Source: a virus (Duplodnaviria > Heunggongvirae > Uroviricota > Caudoviricetes). Taken from it: 64,000 bases of DNA. The position numbers and the translations under genes were made by a program. The first letter of the stretch is position 1; every line of letters starts with the position of its first letter. The stretch is from IMG/VR virus record IMGVR_UViG_3300006201_000009. The stretch is one strand, 5' to 3'. This document shows positions 54,855 through 64,000 of this stretch, piece by piece. The notes below the pieces were generated by a model. That model had not been told where the DNA came from. It worked only from the letters and a program-made list of their open reading frames with translations, and searched no databases.

Positions 54855-55847
54855 ATGAAGAAGCTTGATGCAGTGACGCAAGAGCAGTGGAATGAAGTCT
54901 GCGAGTTTAATAGAAACCTTGTCGAATCTTTTTTAAGTGATTCCGTAGAGCTTTCTCCTAAATCAAGAAAAGCCTATGAGTCGAACTTAAAAATTTGGTT
55001 CGTATGGGTTAAAGATAATCTCAAAAACAAAAAGCAGATTGATATTAAACCACTTGAATATAAAAAGTTTCAAAACTGGATGGTTAACAGAGGTTGTTCG
55101 TCGTCAGATACGAATAATAAAAGGGCGGCAATATCTTCGCTCAATGGTTATATAGAAATATATTATCACGACGATTATCCAACATTCAGGAACTTCATAA
55201 ACAAATCCATCAAAAGACCGCCAAAGAATATAGTGCGGGAGAAAATTCCTCTTACAAAAGAGGAATTTCGTCATTTAGTGGATGTTTTGAAAGAGCGCGG
55301 CGAATATCAAATGGTCGCGTATATACTATTTACTTTTGATGCGGGGTGCCGCAGAGAAGAAAGTAGACAACTTACAAAAGATACAGTTAACTTTGAACCG
55401 ATAATCAAAACCCGTCTTACAAAAGGTGAGAACGGCGAAGACATTGAGAACGAAATAAAGATGTATTACACGAAACCAATTCGTTGCAAAGGCGGCAAAA
55501 TAAGACGTCTCGCATTTGGCGAAGAGGCAATGGAAGCTATGAAGAAGTGGCTTGATGTTCGTGGAGAGGATGATTGCCCCTTTATGTTTGTAACGAAATA
55601 TGGTGGGCAGGTAAGGCAGATTGGGGAAACCACTTTTAATAATTGGTTTACTACTAAAATAACTCCCATCGTAGGCAGACCGGTTCATCCACACACTTTG
55701 CGTTCCAGCCGAGCGACACAAGCAGTTGTCGAAGATGGTAAGGATGTAGAGTCGGTCAGACAGTTACTTGGGCATGAAGATTCAAGTACAACAATTAACT
55801 TCTACGTCGTAAGAGAAGATGATGACGAGGTAGATGATTTGTTCTAA
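54855..55847 (+). CDS. Tyrosine recombinase (third copy; XerC/D-like with N-terminal SAM-like domain)
   Basis: FDAGCRREESRQL (R), HPHTLRSSRATQ (H-x-x-R), LLGHEDSSTTINFYV (H...Y). Confidence 0.6.
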   Translation: MKKLDAVTQEQWNEVCEFNRNLVESFLSDSVELSPKSRKAYESNLKIWFVWVKDNLKNKKQIDIKPLEYKKFQNWMVNRGCSSSDTNNKRAAISSLNGYIEIYYHDDYPTFRNFINKSIKRPPKNIVREKIPLTKEEFRHLVDVLKERGEYQMVAYILFTFDAGCRREESRQLTKDTVNFEPIIKTRLTKGENGEDIENEIKMYYTKPIRCKGGKIRRLAFGEEAMEAMKKWLDVRGEDDCPFMFVTKYGGQVRQIGETTFNNWFTTKITPIVGRPVHPHTLRSSRATQAVVEDGKDVESVRQLLGHEDSSTTINFYVVREDDDEVDDLF

Positions 55848-55874
55848 GGACAATAAGGAATACGAGGAGGGAAT

Positions 55875-56987
55875 ATGTCAGAACAAAATGCAGGACGCCC
55901 CCTCGGGGGTAATATGCTGGAGCAGACAAAGATTTTGTCAAAGGCTCCCATAAAGATAAATAGCAATTTTCAAATGCCAAAGATAAGAGTGCAAGAGAGC
56001 AATTCGTCTCGCGAGTATGTCTGCACTTGCTGTGGCAAAAGCTACCAAAGGCAAGATGGGAACTTTCTAAAAGCGGGAAGTTCTATTCTATGGCAAGGCA
56101 ACAACGGATATATGCCAATATGTAAAAGCTGTGCCGAGACCATATTCAATGCGCTTGTTGACTTTTATAGCGGAAACGAGGAACACGCGCTACATCATTG
56201 GTGCGGGATTTTTGATTACCCATATGATTTAGAGGCGTCATCTATGACGGCTGTTCACGTTCAGCCTGGAAGATCGAGAGTTTCTCTATATCCATCTAAG
56301 CTCAATACAAAACAAGTACGCAGCCGTGGGACGAGCTATCTTGATACTGTTCGCAATGAGGCGGGTGAGGCTACACGTATTCATACGGTTAATGACATAG
56401 TTTTATCAGAAACCAATAAAGATGGGTTTATTGTAACGAAGCCTATGATAAAGAAATGGGGATACGGGCATAAACCAGAGGAATACGAATGGCTCGAAGA
56501 GCAAGAAGAAGATTGGCGTTCGCGTGTCGAATGTAAAAGCAAGGCGCAAGAGGAGCTGATAAGAACTATATGCTTATCGCAACTTAATATCCAAAAAGCT
56601 CAACAAGGCGGCGGCAAAGTAGCCGAAGCAATGAAAGCCTTCCAAGATTTGCTTGCCTCGTGTAATTTGCAACCGCGTCAAAATGCAAATGATGATCTCG
56701 CCGAACAAAACACGTTTGGTACTCTTATCAAGCAATTTGAGCAAGAAAAACCATTACCACAAGCAGAGCCGGAATGGGAAGACGTTGACGGCATCAAGAA
56801 ATATATCGATACATTTTTCTTTGGGCACCTTTGCCATTTGGTTGATATTAAAAACGATAACGAAGAACAGTATAGGCGCGAGATGGAGAAATACACAGTT
56901 AAGCCGCCCGAATACGACGGGGAAGAAGATGCGGTCGATATATCCTTGCTTGAAAAGTATAGCAACAAAGGAGATAAGAAGGAATGA
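55875..56987 (+). CDS. Possible terminase small subunit / DNA-binding protein (zinc ribbon)
   Basis: Position immediately upstream of TerL with overlapping stop/start; CTCCGK...CKSC. Confidence 0.3.
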   Translation: MSEQNAGRPLGGNMLEQTKILSKAPIKINSNFQMPKIRVQESNSSREYVCTCCGKSYQRQDGNFLKAGSSILWQGNNGYMPICKSCAETIFNALVDFYSGNEEHALHHWCGIFDYPYDLEASSMTAVHVQPGRSRVSLYPSKLNTKQVRSRGTSYLDTVRNEAGEATRIHTVNDIVLSETNKDGFIVTKPMIKKWGYGHKPEEYEWLEEQEEDWRSRVECKSKAQEELIRTICLSQLNIQKAQQGGGKVAEAMKAFQDLLASCNLQPRQNANDDLAEQNTFGTLIKQFEQEKPLPQAEPEWEDVDGIKKYIDTFFFGHLCHLVDIKNDNEEQYRREMEKYTVKPPEYDGEEDAVDISLLEKYSNKGDKKE

Positions 56988-58762
56988 GCGTAGCGACCGA
57001 AAGACAGACAGACGCAGAGATTAAAAGAGAAAAACAGAAGCGAATGATGGAAGGGGTTGCTACTTGGGCATCGTTCTATCGGGCAAATCCGCATAGGTTT
57101 GCACGCGATTATCTTGGTTTGAAGTTGAAAAAATTCCAACAGATAATACTGAACGAAATGTTCAGAAAGGTCAACTCGATTTATCTTGCAAGTCGTGGTG
57201 GTGGTAAATCATTTTTACTTTCGATATTTTGTGTTTGCTATTGTATTCTATTTCCAGGTACGACTATTTGTCTTGCGTCGAAAACACGTGGACAAGCAAT
57301 CGAAATTATAGATAAGATACAAACAATACTTATGCCTATGTCTGCAAATTTGCGGATGGAGATAGGGGAAGTAAAATCAAACCAAGCGGAGTCATTCGTC
57401 GGGTTTAGGAACGGATCGATAATCAAAGTTGTTACTGCCGCAGACTCGGCAAGACATAATAGGGCTACAATACTCATAGTGGACGAATATCGTATGGTGG
57501 ACAAAAACACTATTGATACAGTCCTCCGTAAATTCTTAACGTCGCCAAGACATCCAGGGTTTATGGATAAGCCGGAATATGCAAATTATCCGATTGAGAG
57601 AACAAAAGAACTTTATGCAAGTAGTTGTTGGTATGAGGCTCACTGGAGCTACAAACACGTTCAATCTTACGTCGTCCAAATGATGCGCGGCAGAAGTTAC
57701 TTCTGTTGCTCAATGCCATATCAGCTTGCCATTAAAGAGAATTTACTTGATAAAGAGAGGGTCGAAGACGAAATGTCGGAAGCCGACTTTAACGAAGTTC
57801 AGTTCCATATGGAAATGTGTGCTTTGTTCTGGTCGCAGGCAAGCAGCGGGTTGTACAGTTTTGATGAGATAGATAAGAACCGGCTCATTCAACATCCATT
57901 CTATCCGAGCTATATAATTGGCAAACATCAAGACAAACAGTTGCGCATACCTCCAAAACGAGAGGGCGAAAAACGTATTTTATCTGCCGATATAGCGTTG
58001 ATGGCTTCTGGGAAAAACAAGAACGACGCTACGTCGATCTTTATCAACCAGATGTTACCAACATCGTCGGGTAGGTATATTAACAACATTGTCTATACTG
58101 AAAACAACGAGGGCTTGCGAACTGAGGCGCAGGCTCTTGTCATACGTAAGTTATTCGCAGAGTTTGATTGCGATTACTTGGTTATCGATAGAACGGGGCT
58201 TGGTCTTGGCGTTGTCGATGCGCTAATGGGCGATATATACGATCAAGCGACAGGCGACACATATGGAGCATTGTCTTGTTGTAATGATGAAGAAATAGCA
58301 AAACGTTGCGCCGTACCGAATGCACCCAAAATGATTTGGGCAGTTAAGGGCGCTCCAGAGTTTAACTCCTCTTGTGCGCTTGGATTACGCGAGGCATTGA
58401 AACAAGGGCAAGTTAGGCTCTTGGTTTCGGAGTTTGATGCGGACGAGTTCCTGCACAATATTATCAAGGGATATGCTTCGTTGCAGACGCCCGAATCTTT
58501 ACAATTTAAGCTACCTTATATACATACCACATTACTCGTAAACGAGCTTGTAAATTTGGAATACGAAACAAAGAATAATGTAATCAGAGTCAAAGAAAAA
58601 TCTGGTATGCGAAAGGATAGATATAGTAGCTTAAGCTACAATATTTTTGTAGCGAAAGCCATAGAGAGAGAAATTGCACTCTCTGCAAAAAACAATACAG
58701 AAAACTTGGTGCTAAAATTCAGGGCGCCAAAAATAAGCAGAAACTATAGAGGAGGAAGGTAA
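56984..58762 (+). CDS. terL: Terminase large subunit
   Basis: Walker A-like LASRGGGKSFLLS; Walker B ATILIVDEYRMV; C-terminal RNase H-like nuclease LVIDRTGLGLGVVDAL. Confidence 0.7.
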   Translation: MSVATERQTDAEIKREKQKRMMEGVATWASFYRANPHRFARDYLGLKLKKFQQIILNEMFRKVNSIYLASRGGGKSFLLSIFCVCYCILFPGTTICLASKTRGQAIEIIDKIQTILMPMSANLRMEIGEVKSNQAESFVGFRNGSIIKVVTAADSARHNRATILIVDEYRMVDKNTIDTVLRKFLTSPRHPGFMDKPEYANYPIERTKELYASSCWYEAHWSYKHVQSYVVQMMRGRSYFCCSMPYQLAIKENLLDKERVEDEMSEADFNEVQFHMEMCALFWSQASSGLYSFDEIDKNRLIQHPFYPSYIIGKHQDKQLRIPPKREGEKRILSADIALMASGKNKNDATSIFINQMLPTSSGRYINNIVYTENNEGLRTEAQALVIRKLFAEFDCDYLVIDRTGLGLGVVDALMGDIYDQATGDTYGALSCCNDEEIAKRCAVPNAPKMIWAVKGAPEFNSSCALGLREALKQGQVRLLVSEFDADEFLHNIIKGYASLQTPESLQFKLPYIHTTLLVNELVNLEYETKNNVIRVKEKSGMRKDRYSSLSYNIFVAKAIEREIALSAKNNTENLVLKFRAPKISRNYRGGR

Positions 58763-60285
58763 TGGCGAAAGAAAATGACAATCGCGGTCGCAGAAACAAC
58801 AATAGACCAAACAATCGAAGAAACAATCAGAACCGCAACAGCCAGCAAAGAATGGTTGAAATGCCGTTGTATTTTGCGAAAGCGTTAATGCGTCAAATTA
58901 CATATAACCCTCAGAATGCTTCTTCAAAAAAATCACGCTCGTATTCTGTTTACACCAAAGAGAACATCATCAAGTGGTTGCAATCACCAACGAGTTCATC
59001 CAACGAAAAGAGTTTGCGCGACGCATCGAACTATATGTATTTGTCTTCGATGCACTACAACAGGTTGTTGAATTATTATGCCGGACTTTATACCGGTGCT
59101 TACGTTATTTCCCCGCTGGGATTTAATGGTGAAGCCGTAAAAGATAATTTCGTTAAGCAGTATAGAAAGGTTTCAAAAGCGATAGAGCTTATGAATATAC
59201 CAACTATCCTAAGAGAGGAAATTCTCATCGCCTTACGTGACGGGGCGTTCTATGGCGTTTTGCTTAGCGACAACAACTCTGCTTTCATCCAGCAAATAGA
59301 CCCCGATTATTGTAGAATCACATCAATATGCGATGGAAGTTTCTTATATAAGGTTGATATGACCAAAATTGCAAGCAAGCTCGAATTTTATCCAGCGGAA
59401 TTTACGAAGATGTATAACAATTACATCGCTACGGGTGACCAATGGCAAGAGGTTCCAGTTGAGATTTCTGTTTGTATCAAGGCAGATAGCACCTTAATCG
59501 ATTATACAATACCGCCGTTTGCGGCAGTAATGCCGTCGCTTTACACAATCGCCAATACGGAAGCACTCCAAGAGACCGCGACAGAATTAAAGAATTACAA
59601 GATGCTTGCGGGTAAAGTGCCAGTAGATGATAAAGGCAACCAGTTAATGCCAGACGATGTTGTGCAGAAGTATTATGCGCATATAGCGAATGCGCTTGGC
59701 GACAATGTTGGTCTCGCTTTGTCTCCGTTTGAATTTGAAACATTTAGTTTTGAGAATAAAAGCGGTGTGGCGGATGTAGATGATCTTTCTAATGCTGTGG
59801 CAAACTTCTGGTCAACGGCTGGTACATCTGGTTTGCTGCACGGAAGAGAGAACGATACAAGCGGTGTAGCGAAGTTGGCTATTAAAAATGATGAGACATA
59901 CGTTCTCGGAATAGTACAACAAGTCGAGAAAGTGATCAACAGATACTTGAAGGTAGGATTTTCAGGTACAACGAAATTTAAGATTACCATTTTACCTATT
60001 ACAGTATTTAACAAAGAGGAGCATTTGAAATATTACAAGGAAGCGGTTGCGTTTGGCATAGGCAAGTCACAATATGCTGCCACGCTCGGCATTCCACAGT
60101 GTGATATTGAGGGGCTTTCATATATCGAAAGTGAAATTATACCTTTCGATAAATTGCGTCCATTGAAAACTTCATACACGTCGGGCGGCGGTGATGACGA
60201 AGCCGGTAGACCCAAGAGTTCAGACAATGATTTGGGTGACGCGGGCGAAGCAACACGCGACGACGATACAAATGCAAATAGGTGA
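58762..60285 (+). CDS. Portal protein (candidate)
   Basis: Size 507 aa and position directly after TerL; basic N-terminus, acidic C-terminus. Confidence 0.45.
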   Translation: MAKENDNRGRRNNNRPNNRRNNQNRNSQQRMVEMPLYFAKALMRQITYNPQNASSKKSRSYSVYTKENIIKWLQSPTSSSNEKSLRDASNYMYLSSMHYNRLLNYYAGLYTGAYVISPLGFNGEAVKDNFVKQYRKVSKAIELMNIPTILREEILIALRDGAFYGVLLSDNNSAFIQQIDPDYCRITSICDGSFLYKVDMTKIASKLEFYPAEFTKMYNNYIATGDQWQEVPVEISVCIKADSTLIDYTIPPFAAVMPSLYTIANTEALQETATELKNYKMLAGKVPVDDKGNQLMPDDVVQKYYAHIANALGDNVGLALSPFEFETFSFENKSGVADVDDLSNAVANFWSTAGTSGLLHGRENDTSGVAKLAIKNDETYVLGIVQQVEKVINRYLKVGFSGTTKFKITILPITVFNKEEHLKYYKEAVAFGIGKSQYAATLGIPQCDIEGLSYIESEIIPFDKLRPLKTSYTSGGGDDEAGRPKSSDNDLGDAGEATRDDDTNANR

Positions 60286-60509
60286 GGTGGAGTATGAACA
60301 CAAAATTCATAAAATTATTTGATGAAAGAATCGCCAACGCTTTAAGTGATGGCGGTTTTTCATATATAGAGGAAAAAGTTAACGGCAATCAGACAGTTTA
60401 TTGTTTTGAAGAGTCTCCAGAACTTATAGAGGCAATCCGCGGCTTCTGTGGGGAGAAAAATTATCAAGAGGCAATAATTGTCGTTCAAGATGGCTCGTTA
60501 TTTTTCTGA
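60282..60509 (+). CDS. Hypothetical small protein
   Basis: ORF only. Confidence 0.3.
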   Translation: MRWSMNTKFIKLFDERIANALSDGGFSYIEEKVNGNQTVYCFEESPELIEAIRGFCGEKNYQEAIIVVQDGSLFF

Positions 60510-60522
60510 GGAGGATAGGCTA

Positions 60523-62136
60523 ATGGAAAAGAAACTTATAGAAATTACGTTCAAAGCTAAGATTAAGCCTGTCAAACCTATCAACGACCAACTGACACTG
60601 TGTAAGTGTTATGTAATGGCGCTTGGTAAAAATGTCAACAAGACAATCATCTCGAAAGAAGCTGTCGATGATGCTTTGCCTACGTTATTTAACATTCCGG
60701 TTGTAGGACATTTATATATGGACGAAGACGGCGTTATCCGTCTCGGCGGTCACGATATAATACTTGAGAAAGATGCCGACGGTAAATATAAATTCACATC
60801 GGTTACTGTTCCGTATGGTACAGTTCCACAGCAAGACAATGTCCACTATGAAGAAGTGGAAGAAGCAGACGGTACTAAAAACACCTATTTGGTTGCAGAC
60901 ATAATTCTTTGGACGGGCAGATACCCTGAATTGCTTGACGCACGTTACGATGAGGATATCTATTTTGCTCAAAGTATGGAGATTTTGCCTTCTGATACAA
61001 AGAAGACACCAGAGGGATTGGAAGTAAACAAATTCCAATTCTCCGCATTATGTTTGCTTGGTAAGAGCGATGATGCAACCAAGAACGTGGTGCCATGTTT
61101 TAAGTCTGCGAGGGTTGAGCCATATAAATTCTCCGACGAGGGAAATTGGCTTGAGCTGTTTACGGAATTTAAGGAACAGTTGGCAAAAAGTTATTCGGCG
61201 GTTGACGTCGTGAAAGGAGGAAAAAAAGCATTGAACACTGAAACTATCAAAAAGATTTTACTCGAATTCGGTTTAGCCGAAGACACTGTTTTATCTTTTG
61301 AAGTTGCGGAAGAGATGACGGAAGATGAATTAAGGGAGAAAATCAAGGAACTTTATTCCCAAGACAATCAAGCAGATACATCGGCGGAGGGTGGAGAACC
61401 CGAAGATAATGATGTGGCTACCGGCGAGGACGCTGGTGCTAACGAACCTGCACAAGAACCAGAGACATTCACAGAAAATGGCGAAAACTCTACAGGAGAA
61501 CCCGCTACTAATGAACCTTTGAAGTTCTCGGTTGAGCTTACTTATGAGGAAAAACGCGATGCTTTATATAAAGCTCTCGGAGCTTATGAGATGCACGACG
61601 AAAAATCCTACATATGGTATTGTCTTGTTGATTTCGATGACACTTATGTCTACTCTTGTTTCCATTTTGCCGGCGTCGATATTGCAGAAGAAAGAGGAAT
61701 GATAAGAATTCCCTATGCTTTTGCTGATGATAAAGCCGTACTTGATATGGCACGCAACGAAAAAGTAAGACAGGTTTGGCTGACTAAGGCAGACGAAGAT
61801 AAACTCACGGCGGATAAGGCGCAACTTGCGGAACTTGTGCAGTACAAAGCCGATAGACTGGAAGAAGACAAAAGACAATCATATGCCGCAGTTATTTCGG
61901 AGTTCTCCGATCTTGGAGAAATTGACGAATATAAGGCGGTGGTTAAAGACGCTATGACGTTTGAAAGCGTTGAGGCTTTAACCGAAAAACTTTATGCGAT
62001 TCGCGGAAAGAATGCGGGGAATATCGAAAAGAAATCCCTTGACAAAGTGCGCATTCCCGTTGGATTTGAAGCAAAATCAAAGCAGAGCGAGTATGACGAA
62101 TTCATGTCGAAATATCTTGCTCCAAATAAAAAATAA
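60523..62136 (+). CDS. Candidate prohead protease/scaffold fusion
   Basis: Position between portal and capsid; acidic low-complexity central region; GAGGAGG RBS. Confidence 0.35.
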   Translation: MEKKLIEITFKAKIKPVKPINDQLTLCKCYVMALGKNVNKTIISKEAVDDALPTLFNIPVVGHLYMDEDGVIRLGGHDIILEKDADGKYKFTSVTVPYGTVPQQDNVHYEEVEEADGTKNTYLVADIILWTGRYPELLDARYDEDIYFAQSMEILPSDTKKTPEGLEVNKFQFSALCLLGKSDDATKNVVPCFKSARVEPYKFSDEGNWLELFTEFKEQLAKSYSAVDVVKGGKKALNTETIKKILLEFGLAEDTVLSFEVAEEMTEDELREKIKELYSQDNQADTSAEGGEPEDNDVATGEDAGANEPAQEPETFTENGENSTGEPATNEPLKFSVELTYEEKRDALYKALGAYEMHDEKSYIWYCLVDFDDTYVYSCFHFAGVDIAEERGMIRIPYAFADDKAVLDMARNEKVRQVWLTKADEDKLTADKAQLAELVQYKADRLEEDKRQSYAAVISEFSDLGEIDEYKAVVKDAMTFESVEALTEKLYAIRGKNAGNIEKKSLDKVRIPVGFEAKSKQSEYDEFMSKYLAPNKK

Positions 62137-62160
62137 ATTAAGGAATAAGGAGAAACAAAT

Positions 62161-62640
62161 ATGTACGCTTATGTAAGAACCGATAATATGTCGGGAACAG
62201 TTGTTGCTAAAGACCTCGCTTCTGCAAAATTCTACAAAGGCAGCGAAGAGGCAGAAATCGAAAACGGAAACATCGTTACGCTCGGCGATTATCTTGAAGG
62301 AGAAAGAGAACTCAGAAAGGCTACGGCGCCTACCGCCACTACAAAACTTCGCGACTTGTATCTTGTCGCAACTCCAGAGGTTGTTAAGGACAAGACCTAC
62401 TACGGCTTGGGCGAATTTACCAACAAAAAGGGCGAAGCAATCCGTTGCTACCGTTTGACTTCCGGCGATATCTTCTCGGTATCCAAAGAAGCACTCGACG
62501 GCGAAGCGGCTGTGGGTTCGGTTGTCGAAGCGCAGGCTGGCACGAAGCTTAAGGTCGTGAAAACTGCAACAAGCGGCTCTACCACGGTCGGCAAAGTCAT
62601 GGCTATCGAAGGCAATTATTTTGTTATCGAAGTAGCCTAA
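62161..62640 (+). CDS. Head-associated protein (decoration/unknown)
   Basis: AAGGAG RBS; position. Confidence 0.3.
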   Translation: MYAYVRTDNMSGTVVAKDLASAKFYKGSEEAEIENGNIVTLGDYLEGERELRKATAPTATTKLRDLYLVATPEVVKDKTYYGLGEFTNKKGEAIRCYRLTSGDIFSVSKEALDGEAAVGSVVEAQAGTKLKVVKTATSGSTTVGKVMAIEGNYFVIEVA

Positions 62641-62675
62641 GAAAAAATTAAAATAAGGAAAGGAGAAAACATATA

Positions 62676-63671
62676 ATGGAACTTTTACAAGTTATGATTG
62701 ATGCCGTTAAAGGTACATATCAAGAAAATTATACCAAGGGTCAAACTTCCGACGCCATCCGTAATGCGCTTATCGAGGCGAACGGCGGCTCGAACAAAAT
62801 CAACATCAAGAACTTCTATCGCGGAAGTCAGGTTTATGCGCTTATCGAGGAACTCATTCCTACGATAATCGACGAAGGGTTCAAAGACGAAGACGTTATC
62901 TTCTCGCTTGTGGACTACAGAAATATCGCGGACGGCGACGAACAGGAGTTCGAGGTTGAAGGTAATTCTCTGTTCGCCGTTGCGGACGCGGCTGCCGGCA
63001 TCAAGGGCGTGAGACGTCAAAGAATTGACGAGTCGCAAAAAGTGACCGTTAAAACTTCTATGAAGATTGCTCGCGTGTACGAGGAACTGAATCGCTTGCT
63101 TGCGGGACGTATCTCGTTCGATACCTTCGTTGACCGTCTTGCAAAATCTTTCAAACAGCAAATCCTTGCGGACGCTTACAAGGCTATCGACGCTATCGCA
63201 ACGGATACCGTTGGTCTTAACGCAGACTACGTAGTGGCAGCCAACGTGGCGGGCGCAGAGGACAAGCTTTTGGAACTCATTGCGCACATCGAGGCGGCTA
63301 CCGGTAAAACCGCCCGCATTTACGGAACGAAGGCGGCTCTTCGCAAGGTTCCCAATGCGGTTGTGTCCGACGAAGCAAAGAGTGACCTTTACAATATGGG
63401 CTACTTCGGCAAGTTTAACGGCAACGAAATGATTGCGTTAAGACAGGTTCACAAACCTGGAACTACCAAGTTCGCTATGAACGACAGCAAACTCTTCATT
63501 ATCGCAGGCGGCGATAAACCCGTTAAGGTGGTTAACGAAGGCGAAGGTCTCATGATTGAGGGCGAAGCTACGGATAACCAAGACTTGACGAAAGAGTATG
63601 TTTACGGTCAGCCTATGGGCGTCGGCGTAGCGTGCGCGGAAGCTATGGGCGTATTCACGTTCAGCGCCTAA
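62676..63671 (+). CDS. Major capsid protein (candidate)
   Basis: 331 aa, strong RBS AAGGAGA, position after protease/scaffold. Confidence 0.45.
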   Translation: MELLQVMIDAVKGTYQENYTKGQTSDAIRNALIEANGGSNKINIKNFYRGSQVYALIEELIPTIIDEGFKDEDVIFSLVDYRNIADGDEQEFEVEGNSLFAVADAAAGIKGVRRQRIDESQKVTVKTSMKIARVYEELNRLLAGRISFDTFVDRLAKSFKQQILADAYKAIDAIATDTVGLNADYVVAANVAGAEDKLLELIAHIEAATGKTARIYGTKAALRKVPNAVVSDEAKSDLYNMGYFGKFNGNEMIALRQVHKPGTTKFAMNDSKLFIIAGGDKPVKVVNEGEGLMIEGEATDNQDLTKEYVYGQPMGVGVACAEAMGVFTFSA

Positions 63672-63754
63672 TCTGAACGATAAAATAAGTGGGCAGGCGT
63701 GTATTAGTATGCGCTTGCCCATTTTTAATTTTGAAAAATAAGGAGAACAAGGGA

Positions 63755-64000
63755 ATGTCAGAAGAAACAAAAAACACTAAAACACAGCCAAGACCAGTAA
63801 AGATCGAGGACGGCGTTTCTATAAAAGTTAAGAGCGGATTCTACGGCGTGTTATGCTACAAAAATCCAAGAAGCCAAGAGACTTTTGTTTGGGAACATAT
63901 CGGCGATATACAATTCATGTCGATGTCAGACCTCAAAACTATGAAGGCACAAGACGTAGGCTATTTCAAAAACCAGTGGATAGTTATCGTCGGCGTGTCG
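63755..64000 (+). CDS. Hypothetical structural protein (5' partial, continues past window)
   Basis: AAGGAGAACAAGGGAATG start; runs off window end. Confidence 0.3.
   Translation, partial: MSEETKNTKTQPRPVKIEDGVSIKVKSGFYGVLCYKNPRSQETFVWEHIGDIQFMSMSDLKTMKAQDVGYFKNQWIVIVGVS

Noticed and set aside
1-64000. CRISPR arrays
   Set aside because: No regularly spaced direct repeats with unique spacers were seen. The recurring GTGTCTAAATATG copies are irregularly spaced and orientation-mixed.

Overview
The window reads as one contiguous tailed-phage (Caudoviricetes) genome, probably temperate, at ~40% GC with strong GGAGG-type ribosome-binding sites. Positions 1-45.7 kb are almost entirely minus-strand early, accessory and lysogeny genes. 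Positions 48.8-64 kb are plus-strand genes including the DNA-packaging and head module (terminase large subunit, portal, protease/scaffold, capsid). The two arms are separated by a high-GC island with strong G/T strand skew (45.7-48.2 kb) that carries an ECF-like sigma factor and repeats.

Content I can support from sequence:
- Replication and recombination: primase-helicase, Cas4-like nuclease, ERF annealing protein, SSB-like protein, RNase HI, and three tyrosine recombinases, one paired with an excisionase.
- tRNA cluster: at least 14 minus-strand tRNAs, plus three tRNA-like RNAs that keep the acceptor, D and T arms but carry aberrant or expanded cores.
- NAD+ salvage cluster: PncA, NAMPT, Prs, NadE, with a macrodomain and an NADAR domain nearby.
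- RNA-repair toolkit: RNA ligase, kinase-HD, kinase-NADAR, a nucleotidyltransferase, two metallophosphoesterases and a PTH2-like peptidyl-tRNA hydrolase.
- Toxin/antitoxin-like genes: MazF/PemK toxin with an unusual upstream partner, and an orphan YefM-like gene.
- Ro60/TROVE+vWA protein preceded by two Y-RNA-like tRNA mimics.

The most unusual content is a compact accessory island at 31.5-37.2 kb. It has a stand-alone 382-aa reverse transcriptase flanked by long structured non-coding regions and an RNase HI. Next to it is a four-gene ubiquitin-like conjugation operon (beta-grasp protein, E2-like HPH-Cys protein, JAMM/JAB peptidase with a Gly/Tyr tail, minimal E1) in Bil-like gene order, inside the phage.

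A 14-20 nt core GTGTCTAAATATG recurs at least 13 times. In one orientation it sits inside perfect sigma70 promoters. In the other it sits immediately upstream of Shine-Dalgarno sites, so it appears to serve two roles. A second repeat family of UUCG-hairpin structured elements marks three operon 3' ends.

All calls rest on motif reading by eye; no searches were run.
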